61,251 nucleotides of DNA from Rickettsiales bacterium (GCA_044368015.1 JBIPLF010000006.1:1-61251), one strand, 5' to 3'. Counted from the first letter of the stretch, positions 17,678 to 28,129 are shown. The notes: a model not told the origin generated them from the letters alone. A program made the numbers and translations.

Positions 17678-17735
17678 GGAGTGTCCTTATGCCAGTAGGG
17701 TCAGGTCTTCACTTAGACGAAATCTGCGTCTGTTG

Positions 17736-18236
17736 CTACCCAGAGTGTGCAGATTTGAGATCCTTCAACAGGACATACAAATGCCACGGATCAGATGGCG
17801 AGGGAGTAAAATTAAAATGCGTGTAAAATCGGTGGGCCTGTTCATGTTTCGCGTGCACCATGAAGGCACGAATACCCGCAATATCGGCAGCTTGCAGGGT
17901 GCGACGCATGGCATCCTTGAGCAGGCCCGCCCCTATTCCTTTCCCCTGCCAGGTGATATTCACCGCCGAACGCGCGAGCAGCATAATCGGCACGGCATGA
18001 CGTGCCAGACCTTTGGTGATGCGTTCCGGTGCGTCATCATAGGACACTTCTCCTACCACCAGCGTGTAGAATCCGATCACGGTCTCTTCAGCCATCGCCA
18101 CATAGGTTTGCGAGGCATTGGCTTGCTGGTTGGGTAGGGCAAAACGTACCAGAAAACGGTTCAACGCTTCCTCTCCACACTCAAACCCATCCACGGCATG
18201 CAGACGGGTGAGTTTTTCAATCCGCAGGCCCGTCAT
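17736..18236 (-). CDS. GNAT acetyltransferase toxin (TacT/AtaT-like)
   Basis: F.CG.E.LN.FL, GFYTL, QGKGIGAGLL and FY..F.F; ATGA overlap with antitoxin. Confidence 0.88.
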   Translation of the reverse strand: MTGLRIEKLTRLHAVDGFECGEEALNRFLVRFALPNQQANASQTYVAMAEETVIGFYTLVVGEVSYDDAPERITKGLARHAVPIMLLARSAVNITWQGKGIGAGLLKDAMRRTLQAADIAGIRAFMVHAKHEQAHRFYTHFNFTPSPSDPWHLYVLLKDLKSAHSG

Positions 18237-18517
18237 GCAGAGGAAGAGGCATCAAAGAGGCTGGGTTCGCTAAGTAGCTGGTCCAAACGTGGTTTGGGTG
18301 CTGAAGGTGCGTCGAGTGCTGCCATGAATGCCTGCCACTGCGCGGCATCCAGACCAAAATACCGCCGATCTGGCAAGGTTTCCTCGGCACGGGCGAGCGC
18401 GCTCTCAAGCACAAAATCGGAAACCGAACGTTTGGCCGCCAGCGCCGCCTGACAAATCACAGATTTAGCGGCGGGCGTGAGGCGCAGATCCAGTTTTTCC
18501 GAGCGGGTGGTGGTCAT
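18233..18517 (-). CDS. DUF1778 RHH antitoxin (TacA-like)
   Basis: RSEKLDLRL...AA...SVSDFVLESA...F.AALD.P. Confidence 0.9.
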   Translation of the reverse strand: MTTTRSEKLDLRLTPAAKSVICQAALAAKRSVSDFVLESALARAEETLPDRRYFGLDAAQWQAFMAALDAPSAPKPRLDQLLSEPSLFDASSSA

Positions 18518-18541
18518 TGCTATTCCCCATAATGCAAAGCC

Positions 18542-18574
18542 ATCTTAGCACAAACCCCCGACAATGTCATGACA
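18542..18574 (-). promoter_or_regulatory. TA promoter with palindromic operator
   Basis: ATGACA-17-TAAGAT with extended -10 TG; palindrome TGTCATGACA 18565-18574 over the -35. Confidence 0.55.
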
Positions 18575-18600
18575 AATTGCCGTCAAGCAGCCACACTAGA

Positions 18601-18796
18601 TAGCGTCATCACATTCGCCAGAGCGTAGCGAAAATGCGGGGTTTTGAGAACCGGAAGTTCCAGTGTATTCAACATACATGAAAGCCGGAAGCGCAGAAAC
18701 CCCGCACCGGAAGTTCCAGTGTATTCAACATACATGAAAGCCGGAAGCGCAGAAACCCCGCATTTGCAGCAAGCTATGGTAGAATGTGAGATGCTA
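18601..18796. repeat. TA-bounded palindromic MITE (RPE-like) with an internal 56-bp tandem duplication
   Basis: TAGCGTCATCACATTC...GAATGTGAGATGCTA inverted ends; 18650-18705 identical to 18706-18761. Confidence 0.8.
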
Positions 18797-19807
18797 TCTG
18801 GCGTTGCCCGGCACGCCTTTGGTGGTGGAATACTCAAAATGCACCACCTCGTCGGGACGCAGATAGGCGCGCACGGCATGCATGGCCTGAGCCGCTTCCG
18901 CGAAGCCACACAGGATGAGTTTCAGCTTGTGTGGATAGGTGGCGATGTCGCCAATGGCATAAATCCCCGGTAGATTGGTGGCACAGGTGCCGGGATCTAC
19001 CGTGATATGGGCGTGATCCAGATTCAGACCCCAGTCGGCGATCGGTCCCAGTTCCATGGCAAGGCCGAAGAAAGCGAGGAGGGTATCGGCCTCCAGACGC
19101 CGCACCTCGCCTTCCAGTGTTTCGACACAGACGGCGGAGAGCTGCGCGCCCGTTCCTTCCAGCGCGGAAAGCTGGTACGGCACCACTAGCTCCAGCACTT
19201 TCCCGCTGGCGGCAAGCGCTTCCAGACGCGCCACGCTCTCTGGAGCGGCACGGAATTTCGGGCGACGATGCACCATGTAAATATGCTCGGCGATATCGGA
19301 AAGGGCCAGCGCCCAATCGACAGCGGAATCCCCCCCCCCGGCGATCACGATGCGCTTGCCGCGAAAGGATTCGCGCTTCTGCACCATGTAGTGGACGGAC
19401 GTACCTTCAAACGCCTCCAGCCCTTCCAGCGGCGGGCGGTTGGGACCAAAGGCCCCGCATCCGGCGGCAATCACCACCGCCTTGCTGCGCAGTTGCGTGC
19501 CTTTGCTGGTGGTGAGCAGCCATGTGTCGCCCTCGCGGGTGAGCGAGGTCACCGATTGATCGAGATGATAGGTGGGGTGAAAGGGGTTTCCTTGCGCCAC
19601 CAGATTTTCAACCAAGGCTTCCGCCAGAATGGACGGATAACCGGGAATGTCGTAGATGGGTTTTTCCGGATAGAGCGCCGCGCATTGTCCACCCGGCACA
19701 GGGAGCGCGTCCGCGACTTGCGTGGTCAGTCCCAGCATCCCGGCCTGAAACACGGCAAAAAGCCCCACCGGACCCGCGCCGATAATGGTGATGTCTGTTT
19801 CGTGCAT
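18794..19807 (-). CDS. Ferredoxin-NADP+ reductase, TrxB-like (YumC type)
   Basis: IIGAGPVG, GGQC.ALYPEK.IYDIPG, GGGDSA.DWA, KLIL.GF.EAA; no CxxC. Confidence 0.9.
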   Translation of the reverse strand: MHETDITIIGAGPVGLFAVFQAGMLGLTTQVADALPVPGGQCAALYPEKPIYDIPGYPSILAEALVENLVAQGNPFHPTYHLDQSVTSLTREGDTWLLTTSKGTQLRSKAVVIAAGCGAFGPNRPPLEGLEAFEGTSVHYMVQKRESFRGKRIVIAGGGDSAVDWALALSDIAEHIYMVHRRPKFRAAPESVARLEALAASGKVLELVVPYQLSALEGTGAQLSAVCVETLEGEVRRLEADTLLAFFGLAMELGPIADWGLNLDHAHITVDPGTCATNLPGIYAIGDIATYPHKLKLILCGFAEAAQAMHAVRAYLRPDEVVHFEYSTTKGVPGNAR

Positions 19808-19982
19808 GGAGGCCTACTTACCGCACTATAAGTCTGGCAGCAATCACTCTCTATTTTTTGTGCCAACAGAGGCAATAGATTAAAGTTTAGTGACATCCTG
19901 TTTGTCGGCAAAAAAATTTAGTAGTGTGAGCAGGCTGCAATCAGCAACCATTTATATCACAACAATCTACGGAGCAACATCT

Positions 19983-20213
19983 ATGGCTATTACACTTGAG
20001 CAGGTTCAAACACTTCCCGAAGGTAGAATTGTTGGAGACACTATGTTCGGTCGCCAAGAACTAACTATTTTTCCGAGTAATCTTCAGAAAGCAGTCGATG
20101 CACTGAATGGGGCGGGCTACGATGGCCCGGTGAATAGTCAGGCAGATTTGGTTAAACTTGCCGCTGAGAAGGCAGGCCTCAATGCAGACATGAACTACAA
20201 CGTGGTGGGATAA
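19983..20213 (+). CDS. Hypothetical protein (76 aa)
   Basis: GGAG RBS, ATG 19983, AT-rich codons, fills an otherwise empty gap. Confidence 0.55.
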   Translation: MAITLEQVQTLPEGRIVGDTMFGRQELTIFPSNLQKAVDALNGAGYDGPVNSQADLVKLAAEKAGLNADMNYNVVG

Positions 20214-20251
20214 CCCACACCCTCTGCGGGTAGGGGGAGGAATTCTTCTCC

Positions 20252-21031
20252 CTACCACAATCCCATTTGGCTCGCAGCCACAAAAAACCCGTTGAGCATC
20301 CCCGTTTTGCCATAGAGGAACGGCCCGCCTTCCGGCGTCACCACCACCCCGCCGGATGCGACCAGAATCGCGTGACCGGCGGCGGTATCCCATTCCATGG
20401 TCGGGCCGAGGCGGGGATAGAGGTCGGCTCTGCCTTCCGCCACCACGCAGAATTTGAGCGAACTGGCGGCTTTCACGCGGCTGCGGACGGTCATCTGCGT
20501 TAGCAGCGCGTCGGTCATCGGTGATCCGTGCGAGGTGCTGGTGACGACATCCATCCCTTCCACGGGCACCTCCCGCACGTGGATGGGGGTATAGTCGGAC
20601 TCACCCGCGCCCTGCCGCCAGGCACCACGGGCCACATCGCCGAGATAGAGCACATCCTGCACCGGAACGTAAATCGCTCCCAGCACCGGTATGCCATTTT
20701 CAATCAGCCCGATATTCACCGTAAATTCGCCGGTGCGTTGGATGAAGCTCTTGGTCCCATCCAGCGGATCCACCAACCAGAAGCGCGATGCGTCAATAGG
20801 TTGGTCCGAAGGATGGGTGCCACCTTCCTCGGCGATGATGGGAATATCAGGGGTCAGGGTGGAGAGCGCTTCCACAATCAGTGCATTGGCGGCGAGGTCG
20901 GCCCCGGTGACGGGACTATCATCCTCTTTGCGGTTCACCGTGATCGGCTGGGCGTAATGCTCCAGAATTAAAGCCCCGGCATCCCGGGTGATACGGGCCA
21001 GCTCCAAAAGCAGCGGCGAAAGCGAGGGCAT
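20252..21031 (-). CDS. cysQ: 3'(2'),5'-bisphosphate nucleotidase
   Basis: K.D.SPVT.AD, WLVDPLDGTK, SSLKFC, YPRLGPTMEWDTAAGHA. Confidence 0.96.
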   Translation of the reverse strand: MPSLSPLLLELARITRDAGALILEHYAQPITVNRKEDDSPVTGADLAANALIVEALSTLTPDIPIIAEEGGTHPSDQPIDASRFWLVDPLDGTKSFIQRTGEFTVNIGLIENGIPVLGAIYVPVQDVLYLGDVARGAWRQGAGESDYTPIHVREVPVEGMDVVTSTSHGSPMTDALLTQMTVRSRVKAASSLKFCVVAEGRADLYPRLGPTMEWDTAAGHAILVASGGVVVTPEGGPFLYGKTGMLNGFFVAASQMGLW

Positions 21032-21105
21032 GAAATCTCCGTACTTGTGGCGTCGCGCAGGCGTGCTATAGGAAACAGCATCATATCACATCAGGGACCT
21101 GACCC

Positions 21106-24100
21106 ATGTCCGAAGGATACACTCGCGCCCAGCACCGTTGGGTAGATAGCATCGTTGCCTCCGTTCCCCAAGCAAAACGTGCAGAAGATGTCGTGGGCGA
21201 ACAATTCGTGCGTCAGTTTTATGCGCATGTGACGCTGGACGATCTGGACGATCTGCACGCCGAAACCGCTGCCGAAACGGCGCTTTCCGCCTGGGCCTTC
21301 ATGCAGGAATACCAGCCGGGCGCTACCAAAATGCGTATCTTTTCGGCGGCGACCAAAGGGCAGGCCCCCCGCGTGATTGTGGAAATCCTCAATGACGATA
21401 TGCCGTTTCTGGTGGATTCACTTTCCAGTGAACTGACCCGTCAGGGGTTTGTGATTTTCTCCTCCATTCACCCGCTGCTGGATGTCACGCGGGATGCGGA
21501 AGGCAAGCTCCTCACCTGCGTACCGCACGGCAAAGGGAATTCCGGCAGCCATACGGAATCGCTGCTGCATTTTGAAATTTCCACCCTCCCCACCGGACAC
21601 ACGACCGAACAACTGGCGGCAGATTTAAATCAGGTACTGGACGGGGTGCGGCTGGCGGTGCGCGACTGGCGTGCCATGGTGGTGCGTGCGAAAGACGTGA
21701 TGGCCGAACCGCGTCAGGGAGCCATGGCCGAGGAAACCACGGCCTTTCTGGAGTGGCTCTGCGCCAATAACTTCGTATTTCTGGGCTATGAAGCCTCGCG
21801 CATGGATGCAATCAGCCTGAATGGGCTGGTGGCGGAATCCGGCTCGGCGCTGGGGCTGTTCCAAAGCCTGCATCCGCGCATTCACCCGCATGGGCTGGAA
21901 GGCAATGCCGGTAGTGAGCAGGAATTTCTGCACGGCGCGGCACTGCTGGAAATCACCAAATCCAAAAATCCGGGGGTGGTGCATCGCCCGGTGCATATGG
22001 ATCTGGTGATCGTCAAGCGGCAGGACGCAGACGGCAAGGTAATCGGTGAGCACCGGTTTGTGGGGCTGTTCACCTCCACCGTCTATTACCAGAGCACGGA
22101 TGTAATTCCGGTCATTCGCCGGAAAGTGGCCCTGGCGCTGGAGAAATCCGGATTCGATCCCAAGGGGCATGACGGCAAAGCGCTGAAAACCATTCTGGAA
22201 TTTCTGCCGCGTGACGAGCTGTTCCAGATCGACGAGGACGAACTCTTCGCCATGTCGATGGGGATTCTGGCGCTGGAAGGCCGTCCACGGGTCAAGATGT
22301 TCACCCGCACCGACCGCTATGAACGCTTCATCAGTTGCCTGGTGTTTGTCCCCCGCGAGCATTTCAGCACGCATATGCGCTTCCGCATTCAGGATGCGCT
22401 GTGCGAAGCCTACAACGCGACGGTGGATGGCTTTACCACCCAGCTTTCCGATGCGCCACTGGCGCGGCTTCAGGTGGTGCTGCGCACTCAGCCCGGCGCG
22501 ATCCCGGAAGTGAACACCCTCGCCCTGCAAACCAAAATCCGCCTGATCGCCAGCCATTGGCAGGACAGCCTGCTGGAGCAGCTCACCGCCCATCATGGCG
22601 AGGCGGAGGGGGCCAAGATTTTCCACCAATACCGCGAGGCTTTTCCCTCCACCTATATCGATAACTACACCGCCAAGAACGCGCTCTACGACCTTGCCAA
22701 AATCGAGGAAGCCCATGCCGGGCACGGGCTGGCGCTGGATTTGTTTGAAAAACCCGCCGATCCGGAAGGGGTTTTCCGCATCAAAATCTACAATCCCGAT
22801 GTGCAGATTGACCTCTCCCACATCCTCCCCATGCTCGAAAATATGGGCCTCAAAGTGGTGGATGAGTTCCCCTGTCTCGTCACCCCCATGCATTACCCGC
22901 AGGGGATCTGGATCCGCGATTTCCGTCTGCGGGCTGAAAACGGCATCAAGCCGGACATCGCCGAGGCCAAGGCACGGTTTGAGGAAACCATCGCCCGCGT
23001 TTGGCGTGGCGAGGCCGAAAACGACCCCTACAACAAGCTGGTGCTGCTCGCCGGGCTGACCTGGCGTGAGGTCGGCGTACTGCGGGCCTATGGGAAATAT
23101 TTCCGTCAGGCGACCTTCCCCTACGCGCAGGAAACCATCACCGGCACGCTTGTCGCGCATCCGGACGTGGCACGCATGATCGTGGCGCTGTTTATGGCGC
23201 TCTTCGACCCCAAATCCGGCCATGACGGCATGGATCAGGCCGCCACCCTGCTGCATGGCATGGAGGGGAGGCTCGCGGGTATCTCCAACATCGACGAGGA
23301 TAAAATCCTCCGGCATTACATGAATGTGATCCGGGCAACACTCCGCACCAATTATTTCCAGATGAACGAGCAGGGTCAGCCCAAACCCTACCTCTCCATG
23401 AAATTTCGTTCATCGGAAGTGCCGGGACTGCCGCTGCCGCAACCCTTCGCCGAGATTTTTGTGTATTCGCAGCGGTTTGAGGGCATCCATCTGCGCGGGG
23501 GGAAAGTGGCGCGGGGAGGCTTGCGCTGGTCGGATCGCCGCGAGGATTTCCGCACCGAGATTCTGGGCCTCATGAAAGCCCAGATGGTGAAAAACGCCGT
23601 GATTGTGCCGGAAGGTTCCAAGGGCGGATTCGTACTCAAAAACCCGCCCACCACCGGCGGGCGCGACGCGCTGATGCAGGAGGGTATCGCCTGCTATCAG
23701 AATTTCCTACGCGGGTTGCTGGATCTCACCGACAATGTGGTGGATGGCAAGGTGCAGCCTCCCCGCGATGTGGTGCGGATGGATGGTGACGATCCCTATC
23801 TGGTGGTGGCCGCCGATAAGGGAACGGCGACCTTCTCCGACATCGCCAATGGGGTTTCGGCGGAATACCGTTTCTGGCTGGGGGATGCGTTTGCTTCCGG
23901 CGGATCGGTGGGGTATGACCATAAAAAAATGGCAATTACGGCGCGTGGCGGCTGGATCAGCGTGCAGCGCCATTTCCGCGAAATCGGTGTGGATGTACAG
24001 TCGCAGGATATCACCGTCATCGGCATTGGCGATATGGCGGGCGATGTGTTCGGCAACGGGATGCTGCGCTCGCGGCACATTCGGCTGGTCGGCGCGTTTA

Positions 24101-25902
24101 ACCATCTGCATCTGTTCCTCGACCCCACTCCCGATCCGGAAGCGAGTTTCAAAGAGCGGGAACGGCTGTTTAACCTGCCGCGCTCCAACTGGACAGACTA
24201 CGATGCAAGCCTCATCTCCCCCGGCGGCGGCGTGTTTGAGCGCAGCGCCAAGGTGATTCCCCTCTCCCCGCAGGTGCAGCAGGTGCTGGGTATCACGGCC
24301 AATAGCCTCAGCCCCAACGAGCTGATTCAGGCGATGCTGAAAGCCCCGGTGGATTTGTTGTGGAATGGTGGCATCGGCACCTATGTGAAAGCGCAGTTTG
24401 AATCCAACGCCGAAGTGGGCGATAAATCCAACGACAACCTGCGTATCAACGGTGCGCAACTGCGCTGCAAAGTGATTGGCGAGGGCGGCAATCTCGGCTT
24501 TACCCAACTGGGGCGGATTGAGGGGGCACTGAAGGGCGTGCGGCTCAATACCGATGCCATCGACAATTCCGCCGGGGTGGATTGCTCCGACCATGAAGTA
24601 AACATCAAAATCGCCCTGCAAAGTGCGATGGAAAGCGGCAGCCTCACCCGCGAAGCCCGCGATACCTTCCTCGCCGGGATGACCGACGAAGTGGCGGATC
24701 TGGTGCTGCGCGATAACATTCTGCAAACGCAGGCGATCACCATCGCGGAGCAACAGGGGGTGGCGTTGCTGGAACCGCAGGCGCAGCTCATCCGCCGTCT
24801 GGAGCGGGAGGGGCTGCTCAACCGGGCGATCGAATTCCTGCCCGACGAGGAAACCATCAGCCAGCGCCACAGCAAAGGGCAGGGGATGACCCGTCCGGAA
24901 CTCGCGGTGCTGCTCGCCTACAGTAAAATGGCGCTCTACCGCGAGTTGCTGAACGCCAAATTGCCGGATGATCCTTATTTTGAGGCGGACCTGTTCCGCT
25001 ATTTCCCGAAGGCCATGCAGGATTCCTTCGCCACGCAGATTCGCTCGCACCAGTTGCGGCGGGAGATTATCGCCACGGTGGTGACCAACAGCATCATCAA
25101 CCGCACCGGCAGCACGTTCTTCTATCAACTGACCGAAGATACGGGGATGGAAAGCTGCGACATCGCCCGCGCCTATGTGATTGCCCGCGACGCCTTCGGA
25201 CTGCGCGAGTTATGGCGGAAGATCGAGGCGCTGAACGGCACCGTGCCGGTGGAGGCGCAGGTGGAAGCCTTCGCCGAAATCAACCGGTTTGTGTACCGCA
25301 TGACCCTGTGGCTGCTGCGTCATGCGCCGCAACCGCTGGCGGTGGGCGATGTGGTGCAGGAACTGGCAAGCGGAGTCGCACTGCTCTCCGATGAATTCGA
25401 CGCCATCACGGCGGAAACCACCCGCCAGGCCTTTGAAGCGCGGCGCGACAAGCATCTGGCCGGTGGCATTCCGGAGCCGCTCGCCGTGCAACTGGCGCGG
25501 CTGGAGGCATTGGCCTCCGCGCCCGATATCCTGATGGTGGCGCGTGAATACCAGCTCTCGCCGATTGCAGTGGGGAATCTCTATTTCGCGCTGGGGATGC
25601 GGATGAAATTCGGCTGGCTGCGCCGCACCGCAATCCGTATGCCGGTGGACGCCCGCTGGCCGAGGCTCGCTGTCACCGCCGTTATCAGTGACCTGTTCGA
25701 CCAGCAACGGCGGCTGGCATCAACGATGATCAAACATGCGGGCGGCAAAGCCGACGACCAGACCATCCGTAGCTGGATCGACGCGCACGCCACCATCATC
25801 GGCCGTTACGACAGCTTCATGCAGGACCTCGCCAGTCAGGATAGCCTCGACTTCGCGATGCTGACCGTGGCCCTGCGGCATATTCAGGCGCTGGGGGAGT
25901 AG
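21106..25902 (+). CDS. gdhB: Large NAD-specific glutamate dehydrogenase (GdhB/GdhZ type)
   Basis: 1598 aa; RGGLRWSDRREDFRTE, KAQMVKN, AADKGTATFSD, GYDHKKM. Confidence 0.97.
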   Translation: MSEGYTRAQHRWVDSIVASVPQAKRAEDVVGEQFVRQFYAHVTLDDLDDLHAETAAETALSAWAFMQEYQPGATKMRIFSAATKGQAPRVIVEILNDDMPFLVDSLSSELTRQGFVIFSSIHPLLDVTRDAEGKLLTCVPHGKGNSGSHTESLLHFEISTLPTGHTTEQLAADLNQVLDGVRLAVRDWRAMVVRAKDVMAEPRQGAMAEETTAFLEWLCANNFVFLGYEASRMDAISLNGLVAESGSALGLFQSLHPRIHPHGLEGNAGSEQEFLHGAALLEITKSKNPGVVHRPVHMDLVIVKRQDADGKVIGEHRFVGLFTSTVYYQSTDVIPVIRRKVALALEKSGFDPKGHDGKALKTILEFLPRDELFQIDEDELFAMSMGILALEGRPRVKMFTRTDRYERFISCLVFVPREHFSTHMRFRIQDALCEAYNATVDGFTTQLSDAPLARLQVVLRTQPGAIPEVNTLALQTKIRLIASHWQDSLLEQLTAHHGEAEGAKIFHQYREAFPSTYIDNYTAKNALYDLAKIEEAHAGHGLALDLFEKPADPEGVFRIKIYNPDVQIDLSHILPMLENMGLKVVDEFPCLVTPMHYPQGIWIRDFRLRAENGIKPDIAEAKARFEETIARVWRGEAENDPYNKLVLLAGLTWREVGVLRAYGKYFRQATFPYAQETITGTLVAHPDVARMIVALFMALFDPKSGHDGMDQAATLLHGMEGRLAGISNIDEDKILRHYMNVIRATLRTNYFQMNEQGQPKPYLSMKFRSSEVPGLPLPQPFAEIFVYSQRFEGIHLRGGKVARGGLRWSDRREDFRTEILGLMKAQMVKNAVIVPEGSKGGFVLKNPPTTGGRDALMQEGIACYQNFLRGLLDLTDNVVDGKVQPPRDVVRMDGDDPYLVVAADKGTATFSDIANGVSAEYRFWLGDAFASGGSVGYDHKKMAITARGGWISVQRHFREIGVDVQSQDITVIGIGDMAGDVFGNGMLRSRHIRLVGAFNHLHLFLDPTPDPEASFKERERLFNLPRSNWTDYDASLISPGGGVFERSAKVIPLSPQVQQVLGITANSLSPNELIQAMLKAPVDLLWNGGIGTYVKAQFESNAEVGDKSNDNLRINGAQLRCKVIGEGGNLGFTQLGRIEGALKGVRLNTDAIDNSAGVDCSDHEVNIKIALQSAMESGSLTREARDTFLAGMTDEVADLVLRDNILQTQAITIAEQQGVALLEPQAQLIRRLEREGLLNRAIEFLPDEETISQRHSKGQGMTRPELAVLLAYSKMALYRELLNAKLPDDPYFEADLFRYFPKAMQDSFATQIRSHQLRREIIATVVTNSIINRTGSTFFYQLTEDTGMESCDIARAYVIARDAFGLRELWRKIEALNGTVPVEAQVEAFAEINRFVYRMTLWLLRHAPQPLAVGDVVQELASGVALLSDEFDAITAETTRQAFEARRDKHLAGGIPEPLAVQLARLEALASAPDILMVAREYQLSPIAVGNLYFALGMRMKFGWLRRTAIRMPVDARWPRLAVTAVISDLFDQQRRLASTMIKHAGGKADDQTIRSWIDAHATIIGRYDSFMQDLASQDSLDFAMLTVALRHIQALGE

Positions 25903-25915
25903 CTTCTTCTGAATG

Positions 25916-25950
25916 AAAAAGGGCGCCGCAACAACCGTGCGGCGCCCTTT
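25916..25950. terminator. Hairpin terminator between convergent gdhB and ndk
   Basis: AAAAAGGGCGCCGCA...TGCGGCGCCCTTT. Confidence 0.8.
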
Positions 25951-25974
25951 GGGTATTTCCGGAAAGTGGGCCTG

Positions 25975-26394
25975 TTACCCCACAATTTCCATATCGCTGA
26001 AAAAGAAGCGTATTTCGGCGGCGGCGTTTTCCGCGCTGTCGGAACCGTGCACGGAATTTTCGCCAATCGACAGCCCATGCACTTTGCGGATAGTGCCTTC
26101 GGCGGCGTTTTCCGGGTTGGTAGCGCCCATCAGTTCGCGGTAGCGTTCCACGGCGTTGGCGCCTTCCAGCACCTGCACCACCACGGGTTCGGAGACCATA
26201 TATTCTACCAGTTCGTCAAAGAAGCTGCGCTCCTGATGCACGGCGTAGAAGCTGCGCGCCTGCAAACGGCTGAGGCGAATGCGTTTTTGCGCGACGATGC
26301 GGAATCCCGCGCCTTCGATCATGGTGTTGATGGCCCCCGTTACGTTGCGGCGGGTGGCGTCGGGTTTCAGAATGGAAAAGGTACGGTTGGTCAT
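25975..26394 (-). CDS. ndk: Nucleoside diphosphate kinase
   Basis: [24 protein letters not shown]. Confidence 0.98.
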   Translation of the reverse strand: MTNRTFSILKPDATRRNVTGAINTMIEGAGFRIVAQKRIRLSRLQARSFYAVHQERSFFDELVEYMVSEPVVVQVLEGANAVERYRELMGATNPENAAEGTIRKVHGLSIGENSVHGSDSAENAAAEIRFFFSDMEIVG

Positions 26395-26499
26395 AGATAT
26401 CCTTTAGCGTAAACGATTTTTCGCCGCGAGCTTTACGCCGATGCGCACAGGGATGCAAGGATTTTTGTGCTGCGGGCCTCGCGCTACTCACTGAGAGCT

Positions 26500-26595
26500 G
26501 TCATGCTGAACGGAGTGAAGCATCTCTCTACTTGCGTACACTTATCCGCGTTTCGTACGCGGCGGGATCCTTCAGGGTAAACCCTTCAGGATGAC
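26500..26595. repeat. GTCAT...ATGAC palindromic repeat (REP/RPE-like), copy 1
   Basis: GTCATGCTGAACGGAGTGAAGCATCT...GGATCCTTC..TTCAGGATGAC; related copies at 34763, 37774 and 46235. Confidence 0.85.
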
Positions 26596-26632
26596 GCGAG
26601 AAACCACGCTCCCGCCAATCTAGACACCGTTG

Positions 26633-27583
26633 TTACACCGCTTTGGCCTGACTGCTCAAATAGCGATCCACTTCCAGTGCCGCCATGCAACCCGTGCCTG
26701 CGGCAGTGACCGCCTGACGGTACACATGATCCTGAATATCCCCGGCGGCGAAGACCCCCGGAACATTGGTCGCGGTGCTGTCTGGCTTGGTGAGGATGTA
26801 ACCCTGCGCGTCCAGCTCCAGATAGTCCTTGAACAACCCGCTATTGGGAGTGTGGCCAATGGCGATGAAAATCCCCTCTGCGGGAATCTCCTCGGTTGCG
26901 CCGGTTTGCACGTTTTTGATGCGCGCCCCGGTCACACCCAGAGGGTTTTCGGTGCCCAGCACTTCGTCCAGCACGCTGTTCCACACCACCCGAATGTTGG
27001 GGATCGCAAAGAGCCGGTCTTGCAGCACTTTCTCGGCGCGGAGACTATCCCGGCGATGCACCAGCGTGACGTGGCTGGTAATGTGGGAGAGGTATATCGC
27101 CTCCTCCACCGCCACATTGCCACCGCCGATAATTACCACCGGCTTGTTACGAAAAAAGAACCCGTCGCAGGTGGCGCAGCCCGATACCCCAAAATTACGG
27201 TATTTATCCTCCGACGGCAGTCCCAGCCGCCGCGCCGAGGCACCGGTGGCGATAATCACCGCATCGGCGCTGTAGGTATCGCCCGACTCACCGGTAAAAT
27301 GGAACGGATGCTCGTCCAGTTTCGCTTCCGTGATGGTATCGTACAGCATAGTGGTGCCGACATGCTCGGCCTGCTTCTGCATCTGCTCCATCAACCACGG
27401 CCCCTGAATCACATTGGGGAAACCAGGGAAATTCTCGACATCGGTGGTGGTGGTCATCTGGCCACCAGGCTGCATTCCCTGCACCAGCACCGGCTTCAGA
27501 TTGGCACGCGCCGCATAAATCGCCGCCGTGTAACCCGCCGGCCCGGAACCGATAATCAGCACGCGTGTATGGGTGTGGGTCAT
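26633..27583 (-). CDS. trxB: Thioredoxin reductase
   Basis: IIGSGPAGYTAA, GVSGCATCDGFFF, YRQAVTAAG.GC. Confidence 0.98.
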   Translation of the reverse strand: MTHTHTRVLIIGSGPAGYTAAIYAARANLKPVLVQGMQPGGQMTTTTDVENFPGFPNVIQGPWLMEQMQKQAEHVGTTMLYDTITEAKLDEHPFHFTGESGDTYSADAVIIATGASARRLGLPSEDKYRNFGVSGCATCDGFFFRNKPVVIIGGGNVAVEEAIYLSHITSHVTLVHRRDSLRAEKVLQDRLFAIPNIRVVWNSVLDEVLGTENPLGVTGARIKNVQTGATEEIPAEGIFIAIGHTPNSGLFKDYLELDAQGYILTKPDSTATNVPGVFAAGDIQDHVYRQAVTAAGTGCMAALEVDRYLSSQAKAV

Positions 27584-27597
27584 GGTGTGTACTTTCT

Positions 27598-27882
27598 TTA
27601 AGGGGCAGGGTGTTGGGATATCCACGCTTTCAGCGCGGCATTCATCTGGGTTTGCCAGCCTTTACCATAGGCCTTGAAGCCAATCAGCACCTCTTCGTCC
27701 AGGCGAATGCTGACACTGCGCTTGGGCTTTGCAACCGGCGGACGGCCCTTGCGTTGAGCGTTTAACACAGCCTCACGCGCCTCCGGAGGAAGTGCTGAGA
27801 CGCCCTGCATAACCGGCCCCAATGCCTGCCATTCGGCATCGGTCAGCGGCTTATGGGGATCCGGTTCCTGTGTGTATCGCAT
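27598..27882 (-). CDS. brnA: BrnA antitoxin
   Basis: GRPP..PK..VSIRLD.EV...FK..G.GWQT.MN.AL. Confidence 0.88.
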   Translation of the reverse strand: MRYTQEPDPHKPLTDAEWQALGPVMQGVSALPPEAREAVLNAQRKGRPPVAKPKRSVSIRLDEEVLIGFKAYGKGWQTQMNAALKAWISQHPAP

Positions 27883-28129
27883 AATGTCGTCTTTCTCGTA
27901 GATTCGCTTTTCGCAAGCTGATCGGTCGCACATCCCCGTTTCTGGGCGTCCATACCAGCACATGTAACCGCTCGCCGATGAAGCCATAACTGACAAACCG
28001 CTGTTCACCGTAGTCGTACCGCGTATCCTGTAGCGTTATGGATGCCGTCCATTCGAAGTGCCGTGCCTCCTCCAGATTCATCCCGTGCTTTGCCAGATTA
28101 AAGCTGCTTTTGGCGGGATCAATCATCAC
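27851..28129 (-). CDS. brnT: BrnT ribonuclease toxin
   Basis: D..K...N..KHG, D.R.DYGE.R, ISLRKAN.RE; upstream palindrome TGTATATACA (28144-28153). Confidence 0.9.
   Translation of the reverse strand: MMIDPAKSSFNLAKHGMNLEEARHFEWTASITLQDTRYDYGEQRFVSYGFIGERLHVLVWTPRNGDVRPISLRKANLRERRHYAIHTGTGSP

Noticed and set aside
18650-18761. Possible CRISPR array
   Set aside because: Two abutting identical 56-mers with no spacer, inside a MITE; no cas genes in the window
21625-25128. Long antisense ORFs (563 aa and 473 aa) opposite gdhB; similar ones opposite atpA, atpD, rpsB/tsf and sucC
   Set aside because: Shadow frames expected from high-GC codon bias; no recognisable motifs
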